In this document: piece by piece, positions 36,185-44,681 of the stretch
Numbering within the stretch: the stretch's first letter is position 1
Layout of the letters: every line of letters starts with the position of its first letter
From: Candidatus Sulfotelmatobacter sp.
GTDB taxonomy: Bacteria > Patescibacteriota > Saccharimonadia > Saccharimonadales > UBA4665
Assembly (NCBI GenBank): GCA_035508275.1
Contig: DATJNI010000007.1
Span: 60,324 to 124,323 of the forward strand
Direction: 5' to 3'
Length of the DNA: 64,000 nt
Program-made: the position numbers and the translations under genes
Notes under the pieces: model-generated
What the model saw: only the letters and a program-made list of their open reading frames with translations
What the model was told of the DNA's origin: nothing
The model's database searches: none

Positions 36185-36259
36185 TGGTGCGGGTGGCGGG
36201 AATCGAACCCGCAACTCTTGCTTGGAAGGCAAACGTGAGAGCCGTTTCACTACACCCGC
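36185..36259 (-). tRNA. tRNA-Gly (anticodon UCC)
   Basis: Reverse complement GCGGGTGTAGTGAAACGGCTCTCACGTTTGCCTTCCAAGCAAGAGTTGCGGGTTCGATTCCCGCCACCCGCACCA. Anticodon loop CTTCCAA. Confidence 0.9.
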
Positions 36260-36300
36260 GTTCTTATCTGTTCTAACGGGTGAGATTATACCACAAATGG

Positions 36301-37824
36301 TTAGATGTCGTGGAGGACGTTGATCTTTGCACCAAGGCTATTTAGTCTGTCTGCTAAGTCCTCGTAACCTCTGTTAATGGTGTAAACGTTTCTAAGAATA
36401 GATTGGCCGGGTGCAGCTAGCATGCCAATTAGAAGCATAACTGCTGGTCTAATGCCGGATGGGCAGACAAGGTCAGCCGGTTTAAATTTGGTTGGTCCTT
36501 CTATATATATTCTATGAGGATCAGCCAGTTCCAGATTTACACCTATCTTTTTCATTTCCGTGTACATAAGTGCTCTGTCTTCATAGACCCAGTCGTGAAT
36601 TAGAGTTCTGCCTTTAGCAACAGCGGCAATTGGAACAAAGTACGGCAAGTGGTCAATGTTAAGTCCAGGGAAAATATTGGGATGGATCTTTTCTTTAGGA
36701 GCTACAAGTGTGCCATTGTGCTTATGTATGGTTATGTCAGTCAGATCGGTAAAGCCGTTATCTGCTTTGTAATATTCACTTAACTTATACTTAAGGCCCA
36801 TTTTTTCTAGTTTGAGTAGTTCTAGTTCGAGAAATTCTATGGGTGCTCTTCTAATAGTTATTGTTGAGTCGGTAGTAATAGCTGCGGAAATGAAGGTCAT
36901 GGCTTCAATTGGGTCTTCACTCGGAGAATATGTCACATTTTTCTTAATGTTCTTAAGGCCCGTGACAGTTAGGGTACTGGTGCCGATCCCTTCAATTTTT
37001 ACCCCTAGTTTTTGTAAGTAATAGCAGAGGTCTTGGACCATGTAGTTCGCGCTGGCCATCTTAATAACTGTCCTAGCTGGTGTGGCTGCAGCAGCCATTA
37101 GAATGTTTTCGGTAGTAGTGTCGCCAGATTCATAAAGAACTACTGCGCGAGCCGGGATTTTAGGTTGGGACTTTATTTCGTAGTGACCGGATTGAGTTTG
37201 GACACTAACTCCAAACTCTTCTAGGCCGTATAAGTGAGGTAGAACCGTTCTTCTACCTAGGTCGCAGCCGCCGGCGTAAGGGATTTTAAATTCTCTTAGT
37301 TGATGTACGAGTGGCCCCATTAGCATGATAACGGAGCGTGTTTTTTTAGCAGCTTCTTTATTCATGCTAGTTAGGTCAAGTTTTGCAGGAGGTTTAATTT
37401 CTAGGTCGTTTGCGCCAACCCATTTAACCTGAACGCCAATGCTGGTTAGCACTTCGATAATACGGTTAACTTCCTCTATTTTAGTAACGTTTTTTAGTCT
37501 GGTTGTACCTTTATTGAGTAAGCTTGCACAAAGCAAAGCAACGGTAGCATTTTTGGAAGTTTTAAGGGTAATCTCTCCTTTTAGTTCATGTCCGCCTTCA
37601 ATTAGTAGACTAACTGCCCCGTTATTGAGGCTTATTAGGGGTTTGTTTAGCACATCGCTGACTCTACCTAAAGTTTCTAGACTTAGGTTTTGTCGACCAT
37701 GCTCCATTCTATTAACGGCAGATTGGGAGGTATTTAGTCTGCGAGCAAACTCGGCTTGGGTAAGACCTTTGTCAACTCGTATTTGAGCAATAAGTTGACC
37801 GATCTTAGTGTTAGTGGAGGCCAT
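36301..37824 (-). CDS. murA: XRE-type HTH domain fused to UDP-N-acetylglucosamine 1-carboxyvinyltransferase
   Basis: Residues ~8-65 (IGQLIAQIRVDKGLTQAEFARRLNTSQSAVNRMEHGRQNLSLETL) form an HTH_3-like domain. The remainder is MurA: ELKGEITLKTSKNATVALLCASLL, active-site loop PYAGGCDLGRRTV, C-terminal YEDLADRLNSLGA. Confidence 0.85.
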   Translation of the reverse strand: MASTNTKIGQLIAQIRVDKGLTQAEFARRLNTSQSAVNRMEHGRQNLSLETLGRVSDVLNKPLISLNNGAVSLLIEGGHELKGEITLKTSKNATVALLCASLLNKGTTRLKNVTKIEEVNRIIEVLTSIGVQVKWVGANDLEIKPPAKLDLTSMNKEAAKKTRSVIMLMGPLVHQLREFKIPYAGGCDLGRRTVLPHLYGLEEFGVSVQTQSGHYEIKSQPKIPARAVVLYESGDTTTENILMAAAATPARTVIKMASANYMVQDLCYYLQKLGVKIEGIGTSTLTVTGLKNIKKNVTYSPSEDPIEAMTFISAAITTDSTITIRRAPIEFLELELLKLEKMGLKYKLSEYYKADNGFTDLTDITIHKHNGTLVAPKEKIHPNIFPGLNIDHLPYFVPIAAVAKGRTLIHDWVYEDRALMYTEMKKIGVNLELADPHRIYIEGPTKFKPADLVCPSGIRPAVMLLIGMLAAPGQSILRNVYTINRGYEDLADRLNSLGAKINVLHDI

Positions 37825-37934
37825 AGGTGAATAATAATATCATAAGTGGTGTTTATTGGGCAATAACTTTATTTATTTTACTTTCTGATACAATTTAAGT
37901 GACAAAAGAGTTAACTACAACTAAGGACTAGCTT

Positions 37935-39215
37935 ATGAATGACACTGCTATTGCTGATTTAATTAAGGCCGAGGAACAGAGACAAAGGGATGGTTTGGAG
38001 TTAATTCCTTCCGAGAACTATGTTAGCCGCGAGGTTTTGGATGCTATGGGTAGCGTGCTAACTAATAAGTATTCTGAGGGTTATCCGGGTAAACGCTACT
38101 ACGGTGGTCAGGAAAATACCGATAAAGTTGAACAGCTGGCTATAGATAGGGCTAGGGAGCTGTTTAAGGCTGATCATGCCAATGTCCAGCCACATTCTGG
38201 TGCACCAGCTAATGAGGCTGTCTATAGCGCTTGGTTGGAGCCAGGAGATAGTGTTCTAGCTATGGATCTGGGTCACGGCGGACATTTAACTCATGGTGCG
38301 CCAGTCACCCGCTCTGCTCATCTATATAACTTTGTTCGGTACAAGATGAAAGATGTTGAAACTGGCGAGATAGATTATGCCGAGCTTAGAGAGTTAGCCA
38401 AAAAACATCAGCCTAAGATTATCCTAGCTGGCTTTAGTTCTTACCCAAGAGAACTAGACTATGCCAAGTTTGCTGAGATCGGTAACGAAGTTGGAGCACT
38501 ACTGATGGCGGATATGGCTCATATTGCTGGGCTAATAGCTGGGGGTGTAGCAGCTAATCCTTTCGATTACGGCTTTCATGTTATTACTTGCACTACCCAT
38601 AAGACTCTTAGAGGACCAAGAGGGGGTATGGTTCTAACTAAGGGGACTGTTTCGAATCCACTTAAGGCGCCTGAGAAAACGATCGAGAATATACCAACTC
38701 TTATAGACAGAGCTGTCTTCCCTGGTATGCAAGGTGGACCACATGAGCATATTATTGCTGCAAAAGCCGTAGCTTTTTATGAGGCGCTGCAGCCGGAGTT
38801 TAAGGAGTATGCCCAACAAATTGTTAAGAATGCTTCTGCTCTAGCCGAGGCTTTAAAAGCCTTAGGTTTTAAGTTAATAACTAATGGCACTAGCAACCAT
38901 CTTATGGTAGCCGATGTTTATTCTAGCTTTGGTTTGCACGGCGGTGAGGTGGAAGAAGCACTGGATAAAATCAACTTAACGCTTAATAAGAATGCTATCC
39001 CTGATGATCCCCTGCCACCTTTTAGGCCAAGCGGCGTAAGGCTTGGTACGCCAGCTATAACAACCAGAGGACTGAAAGAGCAAGATATGGAAAAAATAGC
39101 TAAGTGGATGAAACAAGCAGTCGATGCACGAAGTGATGAGCAGGCGCTAGCTAAACTAAGAGAAGAGGTTCGTTCTTACGCCACTACCTTCCCTCTGCCT
39201 AGTGATAAAAAGTAA
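37935..39215 (+). CDS. glyA: serine hydroxymethyltransferase
   Basis: LELIPSENYVS, YSEGYPGKRYYGG and the PLP-lysine context TTHKTLRGPRGG; 426 aa. Confidence 0.95.
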   Translation: MNDTAIADLIKAEEQRQRDGLELIPSENYVSREVLDAMGSVLTNKYSEGYPGKRYYGGQENTDKVEQLAIDRARELFKADHANVQPHSGAPANEAVYSAWLEPGDSVLAMDLGHGGHLTHGAPVTRSAHLYNFVRYKMKDVETGEIDYAELRELAKKHQPKIILAGFSSYPRELDYAKFAEIGNEVGALLMADMAHIAGLIAGGVAANPFDYGFHVITCTTHKTLRGPRGGMVLTKGTVSNPLKAPEKTIENIPTLIDRAVFPGMQGGPHEHIIAAKAVAFYEALQPEFKEYAQQIVKNASALAEALKALGFKLITNGTSNHLMVADVYSSFGLHGGEVEEALDKINLTLNKNAIPDDPLPPFRPSGVRLGTPAITTRGLKEQDMEKIAKWMKQAVDARSDEQALAKLREEVRSYATTFPLPSDKK

Positions 39216-40244
39216 TTAGGGGAGTAGTTCTGGTTCTTGAATAAGGTCTATATCGAACTTTTCTTTGACGCTAGCTTTAATCTTGTCTCTAAATTTCAGT
39301 AGATCAGCCGTACTTTTGGCTGAGTCATTTACTAGTACTAGAGGTTGGGTTGGCCAGGTAGACATGCCGGTTTCTTCGTCGTGGTAATCTTTAAAGCCAC
39401 ACTGTTCTATTAGCCAGGCGGCAGATATTTTTACTTGGTTATCTTCCATTTGCCAGTTTGGTACCATTTCGTGGTCTTGTTTAATTAGTTGAAATTTGGT
39501 TTCATTTACTACGGGATTGGCAAAGAAAGAGCCACAGTTATGGACTTCACTGACTTTAGGAAGTTTAGCGTTTCTAATGTTAATAACGGCTTCTCTGATT
39601 ATTGCCGGCGTATATTCTTTTATGCCATGTTGATCGAGATAGTTAGCAAGGACTGTATAAAAAGGCGGACTAGGGTTGCCTTTAATAAGGTGGAGGGTGA
39701 TGGTAGCTACCAGAAAGCGACCTTTATCTGTCGTTTTAAATCTGCTGGTTCGGTAGCCAAAGGCACAGTCACTGGCGGGAATCATTGACCAGTTGCCGCC
39801 TTGGGTATCTAGTACTTCTACAGTAGTTAGGGTTTGGGATATTTCCTGGCCATAGGCCCCAACGTTTTGGATAGGTGTAGCACCGGCTTTACCGGGTATT
39901 AGGCTTAGAGCTTCTATGCCGGTCAGGCCTAGCTCAACCGATCTTTCTACGACGCTGTCCCAGTTTTCACCTGCCCCGATAGTTATGTAGTAATTAGTTT
40001 CGTCCTCTTCAAACACTTCAAAGCCTTTAATACTGTTTACTATTAATAGCCCTTTGAAACCTTCGTCTTTCCATACAAGGTTGCTGCCACCACCAATACA
40101 GATAACTTTTAAGTTATTTTGATTGGCAAAAGCTAGAGCATCGGTTAGCTCATTTTTGGTTGTAACCTCAGTTAAATGACTGGCTGTGCCACCCAAAGCC
40201 ATTGTGGAATAGTTGCTTAGGGCAACGTTTTCTTTTACTTGCAT
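39216..40244 (-). CDS. murB: UDP-N-acetylenolpyruvoylglucosamine reductase
   Basis: NYSTMALGGTA, ICIGGGSNLV, and C-terminal SAAWLIEQCGFKDY and GSFFANP motifs. Start uncertain: ATG 40244 preferred, track ORF extends to 40295. Confidence 0.85.
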   Translation of the reverse strand: MQVKENVALSNYSTMALGGTASHLTEVTTKNELTDALAFANQNNLKVICIGGGSNLVWKDEGFKGLLIVNSIKGFEVFEEDETNYYITIGAGENWDSVVERSVELGLTGIEALSLIPGKAGATPIQNVGAYGQEISQTLTTVEVLDTQGGNWSMIPASDCAFGYRTSRFKTTDKGRFLVATITLHLIKGNPSPPFYTVLANYLDQHGIKEYTPAIIREAVINIRNAKLPKVSEVHNCGSFFANPVVNETKFQLIKQDHEMVPNWQMEDNQVKISAAWLIEQCGFKDYHDEETGMSTWPTQPLVLVNDSAKSTADLLKFRDKIKASVKEKFDIDLIQEPELLP

Positions 40245-40319
40245 TATCTTATTATATACACTAATTGGCCTGACGCTTGTGCTTGCGGTGATCATAAGAG
40301 GTAGTTAAAATATAGGTAT

Positions 40320-40874
40320 ATGGCGAGTAACAGGCCTTTTCAATTACTTGGAGAGCATTTAAAGAACGTCCGTGAGGACGCTAAAAGAAGTCTAGAGGAA
40401 GTCTCTGGGGCTATTGAGATTGATGAGAGCAGGCTAAAGCAGATTGAAGCCGGCATGGAAAGACCCAGTGAGGACATAATGTTGCTACTTATTAATTACT
40501 TTAATATTGGCGACAGCGATGCTTACCATTTGTGGCGACTTGGTAAGTATAAAAGTGATATATCTGAGTTTTTGGATGGGGCACAGGATATGGACGCTTT
40601 CAAAGACAGTTCCACCCACCCCATGATCATGCTGCTATCTATGGACGTTAGGACAATGTACTCTGACGGCATCGAAATATCTTGGAATGAGGCTGGTTTT
40701 ACCCTTAACTTTACTCAGTCCATGAAAAACGGTGACAAGAAACAGTCTGCTGTTGTAGCCAGAGTCGGCATGAGTGAAGTTCAGGCTCAGAACGTGCTAA
40801 AGACTTTAGAGAAAGCCCTACTTAGAGCCAAGTATGCAAATAAGAAGCTATTGCCACCTAGGACGGATAGCTAA
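40320..40874 (+). CDS. XRE-family HTH protein with uncharacterised C-terminal domain
   Basis: LLGEHLKNVREDAKRSLEEVSGAIEIDESRLKQIEAGMERPSEDIMLLLINYF is HTH_3-like; 184 aa. Confidence 0.6.
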   Translation: MASNRPFQLLGEHLKNVREDAKRSLEEVSGAIEIDESRLKQIEAGMERPSEDIMLLLINYFNIGDSDAYHLWRLGKYKSDISEFLDGAQDMDAFKDSSTHPMIMLLSMDVRTMYSDGIEISWNEAGFTLNFTQSMKNGDKKQSAVVARVGMSEVQAQNVLKTLEKALLRAKYANKKLLPPRTDS

Positions 40875-41115
40875 ATTCTTGTAACATTTATTACTGATCT
40901 AGGTCTAGCATAAGCATAGAATTGAAATCGTGCTTTTAAAAAATCAAGGAAAGAAATAAACATATTATGACCACTGAGAAACTCCTCAAAGAACTGCAAG
41001 CCCTTGCTGTACACACTTCTACAAGTACAGTTCGACCGATTAAAGTGGTTAAGGGCTAGACTTTCCTTCCCTTCATATAAGTAGTCTCATCTGTTAAAAT
41101 ACCCTGTGCTAATGC

Positions 41116-41192
41116 GCGCCCGTAGCTCAGCGGATTAGAGCGTCTGTCTTCGGAACAGAAAGTCGGGGGTTCGAATCCCTCCGGGCGTACCA
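41116..41192 (+). tRNA. tRNA-Arg (anticodon UCG)
   Basis: GCGCCCGTAGCTCAGCGGATTAGAGCGTCTGTCTTCGGAACAGAAAGTCGGGGGTTCGAATCCCTCCGGGCGTACCA. Anticodon loop CTTCGGA. Confidence 0.9.
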
Positions 41193-41201
41193 ATACGGTT
41201 A

Positions 41202-41843
41202 TCATTCATTTTGTTCTAAAGCAATTTTCCCCAATTGCGAGAATACTAATTCGTGTACAGCATTAACCGATGGAGTACAATCAATAACCTCCACATCAAA
41301 TTTTTCAGCAAGCCAGTGGTAGCCTCTCGCTACTCTTTCAAAGAAAGATCTACCTTCTTTTTCAAACCAGTCACTTTCTGGACGAGCAAGACGTAATCTT
41401 TCCTCCTTTACCTCTATTGGCGCATCAAGGATAACTACTCCGTCGGGCATAAAGAAGTCCCCCATAGCTCTTTTTGAACGCTCAATTATCATGTCAATAT
41501 CCAAGCCTCTTCCAAAACCTTGATAAGCTACAGCTGAAAACCAGTTCCTATCGCTCAGAATAACCGAACCTTTTTTAACATTTGGCTGAATAACCTGTGC
41601 GGCTAGTTCTCTTCGTACCACTGTGAATAAGTCAAATTCGGTTTCTGGAGTTTTACTAATTGAAGGGTCAATTATAAGACCTCTTATAGCTGTACCTATA
41701 TCAGTACTCCCAGTATCTATAACGCCTATAACATCATCCCGGTGCGTTGAAAGTCTATCTAATAGTAAAGATTTCTGTGTCGTTTTGCCGACACCGTCTG
41801 AGCCTTCTATTACCAAATACTTTCCTAAGTGTGACTCACTCAT
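41202..41843 (-). CDS. tmk: thymidylate kinase
   Basis: P-loop LVIEGSDGVGKTTQ and the DR...S..AYQG block (LSDRNWFSAVAYQGFGRG). Confidence 0.9.
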   Translation of the reverse strand: MSESHLGKYLVIEGSDGVGKTTQKSLLLDRLSTHRDDVIGVIDTGSTDIGTAIRGLIIDPSISKTPETEFDLFTVVRRELAAQVIQPNVKKGSVILSDRNWFSAVAYQGFGRGLDIDMIIERSKRAMGDFFMPDGVVILDAPIEVKEERLRLARPESDWFEKEGRSFFERVARGYHWLAEKFDVEVIDCTPSVNAVHELVFSQLGKIALEQNE

Positions 41844-41928
41844 AACACTATGAAAGCATCATTTGAGCATTAGTCAAGTATATAATTGGGAGACCATCCC
41901 CTAACAGCAAGTAAGTTATAATTTAGTC

Positions 41929-42714
41929 ATGTCTTTAGCGATTACAATAATTTCACCTGAGGGTATAGTGCTTGCAGCGGATAGTAGGCTTACCGTAACA
42001 ATGAAAAATGAACTTGCAGACGGTAGCAAGACTGTAATCCCAAACTACTATGATAATGCGGTAAAAGTTCTCAACCTTACTAAGCCACATAATTATGTTG
42101 CTGCCACTACCTATGGTGCAGGCACAATAGGCCAGCGCACCGCACACAGTTATCTAAAAGAATTTCAGGCATCTTTAGGGAATAGACGTTTAGCTACAAA
42201 AACATTTGCTCAGAAATTGCTAGATTTTTATAAGAAGCAATGGGGTGAGGTAGAACATAGCGAAGATGAAGATAAGTTATATTTTCAAGTTGCAGGCATT
42301 GATGCAACGGAACTTTACGGAGAGGCTTACTTAGTCACGATACCCGATAGTACTTCGCCGCATACTTTAATAGAGAAGGGGTCTTTTTCACTTGCATGGG
42401 GCGGACAAACGGATACGGTTTATAGACTTGCGAAGGGATATGATGCGCTCATAGCCCAAGAGTTGAATGACTCTAACTTATCAGAGGAAGATAAGCAAAT
42501 GGTGCTACAAATATTGAATTCAAAGGAACTAAATTTACCAATACATCTTTATAGCTTGCAAGATTGCATTGACTTAGCAAGATTTTTAATAGACTCTACG
42601 GTTAAAGCTCAGTCATTATCAGTAGGTATTCGTGGCGTAGGTGGCTCAATAGATGTTGGATGCATTACGAGACACAAAGATTTTTGGTTTATTGCAAGAA
42701 AGGAGCTAAAATAA
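41929..42714 (+). CDS. proteasome beta-subunit-like Ntn hydrolase with Ser at the Thr1 position and no propeptide
   Basis: MSLAITIISPEGIVLAADSRLTV aligns with the T1-TIVGI-x-DGVVLAADxR consensus. Ser2 lies 16 residues before the AAD Asp (Asp17 equivalent), and a Lys lies 16 residues after it. Later blocks VAGID..G.AYLV, AWGGQTD and GGSIDVGCIT fit the beta-subunit fold. Confidence 0.65.
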   Translation: MSLAITIISPEGIVLAADSRLTVTMKNELADGSKTVIPNYYDNAVKVLNLTKPHNYVAATTYGAGTIGQRTAHSYLKEFQASLGNRRLATKTFAQKLLDFYKKQWGEVEHSEDEDKLYFQVAGIDATELYGEAYLVTIPDSTSPHTLIEKGSFSLAWGGQTDTVYRLAKGYDALIAQELNDSNLSEEDKQMVLQILNSKELNLPIHLYSLQDCIDLARFLIDSTVKAQSLSVGIRGVGGSIDVGCITRHKDFWFIARKELK

Positions 42715-42716
42715 TT

Positions 42717-42881
42717 ATGATAATGAAAACATTTGTATCTTACAGTACGGGAAAAATAAAAACAATATCATCTGATGGAGATACTATAAGTGGAGTTTAT
42801 ACTTCCGATATAGGCAAAAAAAAATTTAAAAAATTGATTAAGAAAGCTTCACAGCCCGTTCCAAAAGAACAGGGCAAGTAG
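42717..42881 (+). CDS. small Lys-rich protein (54 aa) immediately downstream of the proteasome-like gene
   Basis: GGAG 11 nt upstream. Starts 2 nt after the preceding stop. MIMKTFVSYSTGKIKT...KKKFKKLIKKAS. Confidence 0.4.
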   Translation: MIMKTFVSYSTGKIKTISSDGDTISGVYTSDIGKKKFKKLIKKASQPVPKEQGK

Positions 42882-42953
42882 GTATACTTCTAAAGTTATA
42901 AGTTTTAATTTCTTAATCTATGTCGTAACAGAGATAGTGATGATAAAATATAT

Positions 42954-42976
42954 GTACAGGATTCAAGCCCCTGTAC
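42954..42976. repeat. hairpin GTACAGG-N9-CCTGTAC carrying the motif TTCAAGCC(C)CTGTACTA, copy 1
   Basis: Read directly. The motif recurs at 43130-43144 inside a second hairpin. Confidence 0.5.
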
Positions 42977-43003
42977 TATAAAAACTAAAATAAAAGGAGG
43001 CGT

Positions 43004-43108
43004 ATGAAACGTCTTGAATATGGTAGTGGTATTTATTTACTAATGCCCGATACTGTAGTTGCAACTGTCGCTACAGTCTACCAGTCAATAGAAAAACCCG
43101 CTGGCTAG
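43004..43108 (+). CDS. 34-codon micro-ORF with consensus Shine-Dalgarno
   Basis: AAAAGGAGG 5 nt upstream of the ATG. MKRLEYGSGIYLLMPDTVVATVATVYQSIEKPAG. A terminator hairpin overlaps the stop. Below the ORF-track size cutoff. Confidence 0.45.
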   Translation: MKRLEYGSGIYLLMPDTVVATVATVYQSIEKPAG

Positions 43109-43120
43109 AGCGGGATTTTC
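43097..43120 (+). terminator. hairpin CCCGCT-GGCTAG-AGCGGG followed by ATTTTC
   Basis: 6-bp GC-rich stem overlapping the micro-ORF stop codon, then a short T run. Confidence 0.45.
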
Positions 43121-43134
43121 AAGAGTGCGTTCAA

Positions 43135-43162
43135 GCCTGTACTACAACGCGATAGTACAGGC
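43135..43162. repeat. perfect 10-bp hairpin GCCTGTACTA-N8-TAGTACAGGC, copy 2 of the CCTGTACTA motif
   Basis: Read directly. Lies between the micro-ORF and the convergent 71-aa gene. No U-tract on either strand. Confidence 0.5.
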
Positions 43163-43176
43163 TGGGCACGTTGATG

Positions 43177-43392
43177 TCAAGCTTCGGGCAAATCGCTATA
43201 TTTTTGTCTTAACAAGTTCCAAAACTCATCGAATTTATTTTCAGCAAGCTGAATTTCTTTTTTCTCTTCGTCTGTCAGCTCTGTTTTTACTCCACGTATA
43301 ATTTCATCCAATATCGCCCTTGATACTCTATCAGCGTCAGTATATTGTCTGTACGCAACAGTAATTTTTTGGTTTAGTTCTTTCATATCCAT
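43177..43392 (-). CDS. hypothetical helical protein (71 aa)
   Basis: Charged helical sequence. Intact ORF. Confidence 0.4.
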   Translation of the reverse strand: MDMKELNQKITVAYRQYTDADRVSRAILDEIIRGVKTELTDEEKKEIQLAENKFDEFWNLLRQKYSDLPEA

Positions 43393-43447
43393 ATCTAAAA
43401 TTATACTCTAGCGGTGCTACAATTAAGACATAAATAAGGAGTGCTAT

Positions 43448-43585
43448 ATGGCTAGGTTTGAAATGTCAGGAGGGGCAAAGTTTTGGTATTACTTTATAAA
43501 TATATTTACTTTTGCTTCCCTTTACTTTATTAAGGTAGCAGTTATGAAGGCATTTGAAGATATGCAGAATAAAGCCAGACACTAA
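43448..43585 (+). CDS. 45-codon micro-ORF encoding a putative single-TM peptide
   Basis: AAGGAG 7 nt upstream. MARFEMSGGAKFWYYFINIFTFASLYFIKVAVMKAFEDMQNKARH. Below the ORF-track cutoff. Confidence 0.4.
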   Translation: MARFEMSGGAKFWYYFINIFTFASLYFIKVAVMKAFEDMQNKARH

Positions 43586-43729
43586 CCTAAACTATTTACT
43601 TGCTTTTAGGGTATAGTCACCTATAATTGCCCGGCTATAAGCCCTTAAAGATTAATAAGTACTTTTGCGCCTATAATGGTCATGGTTTATATGTTTAGTA
43701 TTGATAGAATATAAAATAGAATTTGACTT

Positions 43730-44155
43730 ATGGAAATACCAGACTTTTTCGTCATAGGGGGTGAGCCCGCTTCTCGCGAGACTATAGAAGGCATATATTC
43801 GGCCATGTCTGCTCCAAGTTATGCCGAGGGACATAGAGGAAGAGAACCTTACGGCGTAAGTGTCTTCTTTTCAGAAGAAGATGGTGACTTGGACGGCATT
43901 AATATTTGGGTGCAGCGGGCACACAACATGACGAGAAGAGGTGTTCACACCGGCTGTTTTGGTACAAGCGGTGAAGACATTGCCTTTATGGGTCATGTAA
44001 TGGATAGTGGTCCAGTTACGCTCACTCAAGCTGTCGCCGAGAGAGCTGCAGCTCGTCTGGAACAAAAAAGACAAGAGGCCGAAAGAGTCGGAATAGCTGC
44101 TGTAAGAATTTTCTTATCTTCTACAAACTCGGTTAGAGATCCCAATATCCATTAA
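43730..44155 (+). CDS. hypothetical protein (141 aa)
   Basis: Intact ORF. No motif recognised. Confidence 0.45.
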   Translation: MEIPDFFVIGGEPASRETIEGIYSAMSAPSYAEGHRGREPYGVSVFFSEEDGDLDGINIWVQRAHNMTRRGVHTGCFGTSGEDIAFMGHVMDSGPVTLTQAVAERAAARLEQKRQEAERVGIAAVRIFLSSTNSVRDPNIH

Positions 44156-44281
44156 GCTGTTAAATATTTAACTTTGCAAACAAAACTGTGATATAGATTA
44201 CTTGACTCGTTAAGCGATGGGTTTCACAATCTAAATTGAAAGGTAATTATAAAAACTTTAAACAAATATAAAGAGACAATT

Positions 44282-44650
44282 ATGCGCAAGAAAGAGACTG
44301 GCCTAATAAAAACAATCGAGTACAGAAGGGAGGCTGTTGCATGGGCACTAGGTTTTGCCGGTCTCATAAAGGGAGTTGTATCTGTAGGAGTAGAAGACTT
44401 AAGACGATTGAAGGAAGAGGTGTTCTATGATGGAGTTCCAAACCCTTATTCTGAAGAGCATGAACTCGCAAAAACTGCTATGGGAAGAGGTAGAGTTATT
44501 GTGCAGTTTCCTCTCGAGCGAACTAGAACCCCAGATGAGACACCTATCAGCCCTGTAGGAGCCGGTGCCACAGTTAGTCCGCTTCGTCCATTAAACAATA
44601 GAGGTCCGGACTTACCACCCAGTCCCGATAGACCACTTCAAGCTGCTTGA
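44282..44650 (+). CDS. hypothetical protein (122 aa) with Pro-rich C-terminus
   Basis: Intact ORF. No motif recognised. Confidence 0.45.
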   Translation: MRKKETGLIKTIEYRREAVAWALGFAGLIKGVVSVGVEDLRRLKEEVFYDGVPNPYSEEHELAKTAMGRGRVIVQFPLERTRTPDETPISPVGAGATVSPLRPLNNRGPDLPPSPDRPLQAA

Positions 44651-44681
44651 TTTTATTTTTCCATAATATATTATTCAGATA

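Noticed and set aside
23652-37934. Folate/ZTP/THF-type riboswitches upstream of folD, glyA or the CofE-like operon
   Set aside because: The leaders are very short (mostly under 110 nt). I could not find the conserved ZTP (GGGTCGTGAC...CCGCCTGGGCA-like) or THF motifs by eye. A covariance-model scan would be needed to exclude them formally.
39216-40295. Leaderless-promoter interpretation for murB (TATAAT 6 nt before ATG 40244)
   Set aside because: The hexamer lies inside the longer possible ORF, has no convincing -35 or TG extension, and the true start codon is unresolved. I kept it only as a start-site uncertainty.
40967-41059. 30-codon ORF (MTTEKLLKELQALAVH...) in the 240-nt gap before tRNA-Arg(UCG)
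   Set aside because: It has no Shine-Dalgarno or terminator, and it cannot be distinguished from chance. The gap may instead hold the tRNA promoter.
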